Origin: Opitutia bacterium KCR 482
GTDB lineage: Bacteria > Verrucomicrobiota > Verrucomicrobiia > Opitutales > Intestinicryptomonadaceae
Assembly: GCA_029269845.2 (NCBI GenBank)
Contig: CP149973.1
Coordinates: 1,800,001 to 1,832,000 of the forward strand
DNA length: 32,000 nucleotides
Reading direction: 5' to 3'
A program made the position numbers and the translations under genes. Below the pieces are notes generated by a model. That model had not been told where the DNA came from. It saw only the letters and a program-made list of their open reading frames with translations, and did no database searches. This document shows, piece by piece, positions 23,788-32,000 of this stretch (the first letter of the stretch is position 1; every line of letters begins with the position of its first letter).

Positions 23788-24410
23788 TTTCGGAGCAGCT
23801 TGCAAAGTTGGCAGTATTTGTCGGGGGTTTTGCATGCCGACGCCTTGCAGTGCTCGCGCCCGTAGTAGATGAATTGCAGGTGGAGGTCGTGCCACTTCTC
23901 TTTTGGGAAGATTTTTTTGAGGTCGCGCTCGGTGTGCTCTACGCTTTTGCCGTCGGTCAGCCCCCAGCGCGTCGCGAGCCTGTGAATGTGCGTGTCCACG
24001 GGGAACGCGGGCACGCCGAACGCCTGCGACATCAGCACCGACGCCGTTTTGTGTCCGACTCCGGGGAGCGACTCCAACTCTTCGAACGTATTGGGCACGC
24101 GCCCGCCGAATTTTTCGCAGAGAATTTCCGACATCTTTTTGATGTTTTTAGCCTTTGTCGGCGCGAGTCCGCACGGTTTTATAATTTCGCGGATTTCGTC
24201 TTCGGAGAGCGACGCCATTTTTTGCGGGGAATCCGCCCTCGCGAAAAGCGCGGGGGTGGTTTCGTTCACGCGTTTGTCGGTGCACTGCGCCGACAGCATA
24301 ACGGCGACAAGAAAGGTGAAGCTGTCGCCGTGGTTAAGCGGAATCGCCGGACGCGGATAGAGGGCGTCCAGACGTTCCGAGACGGTTTTTGCCTTTTGCG
24401 ATTTCGTCAT
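23784..24410 (-). CDS. nth: Endonuclease III (HhH-GPD DNA glycosylase)
   Basis: 208 aa. Contains FLVAVMLSAQCTDKRVN, the HhH motif LPGVGHKTASV and the catalytic Asp region FPVDTHIHR. The C-terminal four-Cys cluster is HCKASACKTPDKYCQLC. Confidence 0.9.
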   Translation of the reverse strand: MTKSQKAKTVSERLDALYPRPAIPLNHGDSFTFLVAVMLSAQCTDKRVNETTPALFARADSPQKMASLSEDEIREIIKPCGLAPTKAKNIKKMSEILCEKFGGRVPNTFEELESLPGVGHKTASVLMSQAFGVPAFPVDTHIHRLATRWGLTDGKSVEHTERDLKKIFPKEKWHDLHLQFIYYGREHCKASACKTPDKYCQLCKLLRK

Positions 24411-28244
<3,834 letters not shown>

Positions 28245-28444
28245 CTATGGAATCGGTCAATTCAAGCTTTAAAAGGCTTCCGCCAATTCTGCGATGAGCG
28301 CCAACATGAAAAACGCGGCAACAGGAGCGATGAACGTTGCGTGAGTATTGGAAAAATCGGCAAGGTTTTATGCCCGCAAAAAAATTGAAAAAATAAATTG
28401 ACTTGAACGAAAAATCGGGCAAATTAAAAAGCTTTGTAAAACAC

Positions 28445-28517
28445 GCCGAAATAGCTCAGTTGGTAGAGCAACGCTTTCGTAAAGCGTGGGTCGTCGGTTC
28501 AAGTCCGACTTTCGGCT
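28445..28517 (+). tRNA. tRNA-Thr (anticodon CGU)
   Basis: The cloverleaf was read by hand. Acceptor GCCGAAA/TTTCGGC, D-arm GCTC-AGTTGGTA-GAGC, anticodon arm ACGCT-TTCGTAA-AGCGT (anticodon CGT), variable loop GGGTC, T-arm GTCGG-TTCAAGT-CCGAC, discriminator T. CCA is not encoded. Confidence 0.9.
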
Positions 28518-28594
28518 CTGTTTTAAGACCAAGTCCGCCTTTTTACAGGGTGTTTCTGGCGTTTTTAGCGTTTGAGCCTTTTGGCTCGTTTCCC

Positions 28595-28626
28595 AAGCCT
28601 GCAAGTTTTAGTTTGCGGGCTTTTTT
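28595..28626 (+). terminator. Rho-independent terminator downstream of tRNA-Thr
   Basis: AGCCTGCAA (28596-28604) pairs with TTGCGGGCT (28613-28621): 9 bp including one G-U, with an 8-nt loop, followed by a T run to 28626. It overlaps the stop codon of the convergent hipA-like gene. Confidence 0.6.
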
Positions 28627-29932
28627 ATTGCAACAAGTCCGCGTTGCCCTCGGCGATTCGCTTGAAATTTTTGCCGACATTTCCGCTTTCCGCAAGAGTC
28701 TGCCAAAAATCCCCCGCCATCTCGCGCGATTCCGCAGTCGGCGGAATTGACGGCAGAGGCTCGTTGCGCAGAGTGCCGTCGCTTAGCGGCGCGTAATACA
28801 TCGGCAACATGTCGTAGGCGGGCGCGAGTTTAAACGGCAGGTCGCGCCCGACGAAAAAGCTGATGTTTCCGAAGTGCATATCAGTATTGCCGATTGCAAG
28901 CCCGAAATTGTAGAGCCGCTCGACGGTTTCGATGTCGCCTTTTGCGAAGTATTCCGCCGCGTTGCGCATTGCTTCCGCCCACGGGCCGCCGCCCGCGCCG
29001 ATAAACGCGGCGTCGATTCCCGCAAGAGAGCTTGTTCCGCGCCTTCCGTACCGTCCGGCTCTGTCGATTCGCGAATATTCCAAAAACACGCGTTTTTTTG
29101 CCGTCAGCAGTTCGGCGTCGGCGGCAGGGAATCCATATTTTTTCAGGATTTTCAGGGCGGTGTACTCGGCTGTCAGCAAGTCGGCCCAGCGTCGGTTAAT
29201 GTCGTTGTCGGTTTTTCCCGAAAATTTCACGATTGCGTTTCGGAAGCTTCCGTCTTCGCCTTTTACCGTAGCGCAAAATTTCGGCTGTTCGCCCGCGGCG
29301 GACGAGCGCGGAACGCCGTTCGAAACCGCTTGTTCCGCAAGTTCGGGATAGCGTTCTTTTCGGCTCGATTCGTCGATGAAAGGCTTTCCGCCCGCCAAAA
29401 AAGCCGATTTTGCAGTTTCGCCTACAATTAAAGAACCCGCCAAGTCGCTCCCGAATCGGACGGCGTATTCCAGAATGTCGGAATCGCTCCAAGAGTTTAG
29501 CTCTTTCGAAATTCCGAAGCTTTTGTTCAGGTTGTAGACTATGTTTCTGCCGATAAAGCCCTGCGGGCGGTGTTCGTGCAAAAACCACGGCAAAGAGGGG
29601 AACAGTTTGCTTTTAAATTCTTTGCCGAAAAGCGCGGGGTAAGCGCCGTCGAGGTAGTAGCCTGCGTTGGTCGAGGCAAGCTTGCCGACGGTTTCGACGT
29701 TTGCCGACTCGTCTACGCGGTACAGATTCCAGCTCGCGCCCAATTCGCCGACTGGGCGGGGGAGGGCGTACGTTCGTCCGACCGAATTCCCCATGGCGAC
29801 GCAGCCGATTTTGCCGAGAAGCTTTATTGCCGTGGGTTTTGAAACGCCGAATGCATTGGCAATGTCGGCGGAGGAAACCGTTCCGTTTGCAAGAATCGTA
29901 TTTTTTAAAGCCTGTTCGCTTGGTTGTTTCAT
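28625..29932 (-). CDS. HipA-family Ser/Thr kinase with a fused N-terminal HTH domain (YjjJ/HipH-like)
   Basis: 435 aa. The N-terminus has an HTH (VSSADIANAFGVSKPTAIKLLGKIG). HipA hallmarks follow: AAGEQPKF (P-loop-like), the catalytic motif IGNTDMHFGNISF and LAPAYDMLPMYYAP. There is no separate hipB-like ORF upstream. Confidence 0.8.
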   Translation of the reverse strand: MKQPSEQALKNTILANGTVSSADIANAFGVSKPTAIKLLGKIGCVAMGNSVGRTYALPRPVGELGASWNLYRVDESANVETVGKLASTNAGYYLDGAYPALFGKEFKSKLFPSLPWFLHEHRPQGFIGRNIVYNLNKSFGISKELNSWSDSDILEYAVRFGSDLAGSLIVGETAKSAFLAGGKPFIDESSRKERYPELAEQAVSNGVPRSSAAGEQPKFCATVKGEDGSFRNAIVKFSGKTDNDINRRWADLLTAEYTALKILKKYGFPAADAELLTAKKRVFLEYSRIDRAGRYGRRGTSSLAGIDAAFIGAGGGPWAEAMRNAAEYFAKGDIETVERLYNFGLAIGNTDMHFGNISFFVGRDLPFKLAPAYDMLPMYYAPLSDGTLRNEPLPSIPPTAESREMAGDFWQTLAESGNVGKNFKRIAEGNADLLQ

Positions 29933-30019
29933 TTACGCTTTTATATATCGAATATTTATGTGTATAAATAAAATGAAAAAATAAAGTCAATTAAATTTTA
30001 CGCTTTTGTTTACGATTTT
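29932..30019. promoter_or_regulatory. Three copies of TTTACG(C/A)TTTT in the hipA-like / GH92 divergent intergenic region
   Basis: Copies lie at 29932-29942, 29997-30007 and 30009-30019; the last two are 12 bp apart. The intergenic region is AT-rich. They are candidate operators for the HTH of the adjacent kinase. Confidence 0.3.
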
Positions 30020-30127
30020 GCGGCGGTTTTTGTTTTTCTTGCCGAATTTTTCTTGACGCTGTGGACGGGGAAGCTTATTGATTCAATTTATTAACTTAAT
30101 CGTTTAACCAATATAATGGGAGTGCAA

Positions 30128-32000
30128 ATGAAATTAGGGCTTATTTTGGGGGCGGTTTCGCTTTTTGCCGCATCGCTTTTCGGCGCGGAAGACTGTGCGA
30201 AATTTGTGGACGTTAAAATCGGCACGGCGGGCACGGGGCACACTTACCCCGGGGTTGTCGCGCCGTTCGGCATGGTTCAGCCAAGCCCCGAAACGGGCTA
30301 TTCCACATGGCGCTATTGTTCGGGCTACCACAATGACGACAAGCGCATTCTCTCTTTCGGTCAGACCCACCTTTCGGGCACGGGCTGCCCCGACAGCGGC
30401 GATGCGGCGTTCATTCCATTCACGGGCAACCCCGTCAAAACGGACTATTCGAGCGCGTTCAAAAAGGAGAACGAAATTGCGGAGGTCGGCAAATATTCCA
30501 TTGTTTTGGACGACGCGAAAGCGAAAGTCGAAATCACTGCAAGCGACAGGGTTGCCCTCTACCGCATAAAGTTTTTCGCCGACGGCGGCGGGCTGTTTTT
30601 CGACTTCCAGACTGGCATGGTCGGCAGGCTGCCCAACCGCGTTCTCGAAAGCGACGTCAGGCTTGTGGACGACTATACTATCGCGGGCACGCAGAAAGTC
30701 CGCTCGTTCACGCGCCGCGACATCAGCTTTGTCGTCAAGTTCGACAAGCCCGTGAAAAAGCTTATAGAAATCGACCGCCCCAAGAACCACAAAGCCCCGC
30801 GCTGGGCTTTGGACTTCGGCTTGACGGCTGGCGAAACGCTCTCGGTGAAATGCGCGGTTTCGACGGTCTCGACCGACGGCGCGCTCGCGAACCTGAACAC
30901 CCTGCCGAATTGGGACTTCGACGCCGTCGCCGCCAAGACCCGCGCCGACTGGAACGCTCTGCTTTCGAAGTTCGACGTTTCCGCAACGCCCGAACAAAAG
31001 AAAATATTTTATACCGCAGTCTACCACTCGTTCATTTCGCCCAACAACATCGCCGACATCGACGGACGCTACCGCGGCGCGGACGGGAAAGTCGCAACGG
31101 CGTCGAATGCGTCGAAACATTATTACACCAATCTTTCGCTGTGGGACACATACCGCGCGGTGATTCCGCTTGCGGCAATCGTACGCCCGCAGATTCTGCC
31201 CGAATTTGTGAACTCCATGCTCGACCACTTCGACGCGGCGGGCGTGCTTCCCACAAACACCTATTGGGGCAAGGAAACATGGTGCATGATAGGCAACCAC
31301 GCGATTTCGGTAATCGCAGGCTGCATTCAGCGCGGGCAGGGCGGCTTCGACAAACGCCGCGCCCTCAACGCGATGATTGTTTCGTCCGAAAAAGACCACC
31401 GAAAGAGCGACTTCTCGATACTCGACAAATTCGGCTACTATCCGTTCGACTTGTGCAATCCCGAATCGGTTTCAAAGACGCTCGAAAACTGTCAGGGCGA
31501 CTACGCGCTGTCGAAGGCCGCCGAAATTATGGGCGAAACCGCCGTCGCCGAAAAGTTCGCCCGCCGCGCACAAAACTATAAAAACCTCTTCGACAAGAGC
31601 ACGAATTTCATGCGCGGCAAAGACTCGAAAGGCAAATGGCGCGAGCCGTTCAACCCCTTCGAATTTTCGCACGCCGAAAGCTTCGGGGGCGACTATACCG
31701 AAGGCAACGCGTGGCAGTATACTTTCCACGTCCAGCACGACCCATACGGACTCATCGCGCTCTTCGGCTCGCCAGAAAAGTTTGTCGCCGCCGCCGATTC
31801 CATGTTTGCCGCCGCCGACACCCGCAAAGAGGGTACTTATAAAAAGAGCGCGGACATCAGCGGCATGATTGGGCAGTACGTGCACGGCAACGAGCCAAGC
31901 CACCACATTCCGTACCTCTTCGCGCTCGCCGACCGCCCCGACAGAACGGCGGAAATCGTGCGCGAAATCTGCTCTACGCTCTATACCACCGCTCCCGACG
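30128..32000 (+). CDS. GH92 alpha-mannosidase (5' part; continues beyond the right edge)
   Basis: ATG 30128 follows GGGAG, and the frame stays open to the window end, which is why it is absent from the ORF track. Signal peptide MKLGLILGAVSLFAASLFGA. GH92 motifs are present: IGTAGTGHTYPGVVAPFGMVQPSPET, THLSGTGCPD, SLWDTYRAVIPL, YWGKETWCMIGNHAISVIAG and GQYVHGNEPSHHIPYLF. Confidence 0.9.
   Translation, partial: MKLGLILGAVSLFAASLFGAEDCAKFVDVKIGTAGTGHTYPGVVAPFGMVQPSPETGYSTWRYCSGYHNDDKRILSFGQTHLSGTGCPDSGDAAFIPFTGNPVKTDYSSAFKKENEIAEVGKYSIVLDDAKAKVEITASDRVALYRIKFFADGGGLFFDFQTGMVGRLPNRVLESDVRLVDDYTIAGTQKVRSFTRRDISFVVKFDKPVKKLIEIDRPKNHKAPRWALDFGLTAGETLSVKCAVSTVSTDGALANLNTLPNWDFDAVAAKTRADWNALLSKFDVSATPEQKKIFYTAVYHSFISPNNIADIDGRYRGADGKVATASNASKHYYTNLSLWDTYRAVIPLAAIVRPQILPEFVNSMLDHFDAAGVLPTNTYWGKETWCMIGNHAISVIAGCIQRGQGGFDKRRALNAMIVSSEKDHRKSDFSILDKFGYYPFDLCNPESVSKTLENCQGDYALSKAAEIMGETAVAEKFARRAQNYKNLFDKSTNFMRGKDSKGKWREPFNPFEFSHAESFGGDYTEGNAWQYTFHVQHDPYGLIALFGSPEKFVAAADSMFAAADTRKEGTYKKSADISGMIGQYVHGNEPSHHIPYLFALADRPDRTAEIVREICSTLYTTAPD

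Noticed and set aside
30134-31399. 421-aa minus-strand ORF listed in the track where no plus-strand ORF is listed
   Set aside because: The real gene is the plus-strand GH92 mannosidase starting at 30128. It is missing from the track only because it has no stop codon inside the window. The minus-strand ORF is its antisense artefact.

Overview
GC-rich (about 60-65% by eye), gene-dense bacterial chromosomal window. I support 28 protein-coding genes, one tRNA-Thr(CGU), one decayed pseudogene and several hairpin plus T-run terminators. I found no rRNA, CRISPR array, transposase, integrase or phage genes. Gene content suggests a PVC-superphylum organism (Lentisphaerota, Kiritimatiellota or Verrucomicrobiota); this is inference only, from a PEP-CTERM beta-helix protein, a Chlamydia-type aaxB homologue, a DUF1080 protein, large GH2 and GH92 glycosidases and a minimal secretin/ATPase/platform cassette. 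Order left to right: aaxB-aaxC-like pyruvoyl arginine decarboxylase plus antiporter (-); lipoprotein (-); cysE (+); gspD-orf-gspE-gspF cassette (-); a co-directional array of small lipoprotein, coaX, TPR protein, HhH protein, thiG, thiH and a DUF1080-hydrolase fusion (+); cutA, CNNM/CorC-like transporter, two small unknown genes and rlmN (-); a Gfo/Idh/MocA relic (+); Ala-rich lipoprotein and PEP-CTERM protein (-); miaA, nth and a 1271-aa GH2 beta-galactosidase (-); tRNA-Thr (+); an HTH-fused HipA-family kinase (-); GH92 alpha-mannosidase running off the right edge (+). I did not find a clear new multi-gene system. The best candidates for follow-up are: (1) the uncharacterised secreted protein translationally coupled between the secretin and ATPase genes, (2) the lower-GC tRNA-adjacent solo HTH-HipA kinase with repeated upstream motifs, (3) the chlamydial-type aaxBC module without a porin, (4) a LamG-like domain inserted inside the GH2 catalytic domain, and (5) the DUF1080-metallohydrolase fusion. 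Most long ORFs in the supplied track are off-frame or antisense artefacts of the high GC content.
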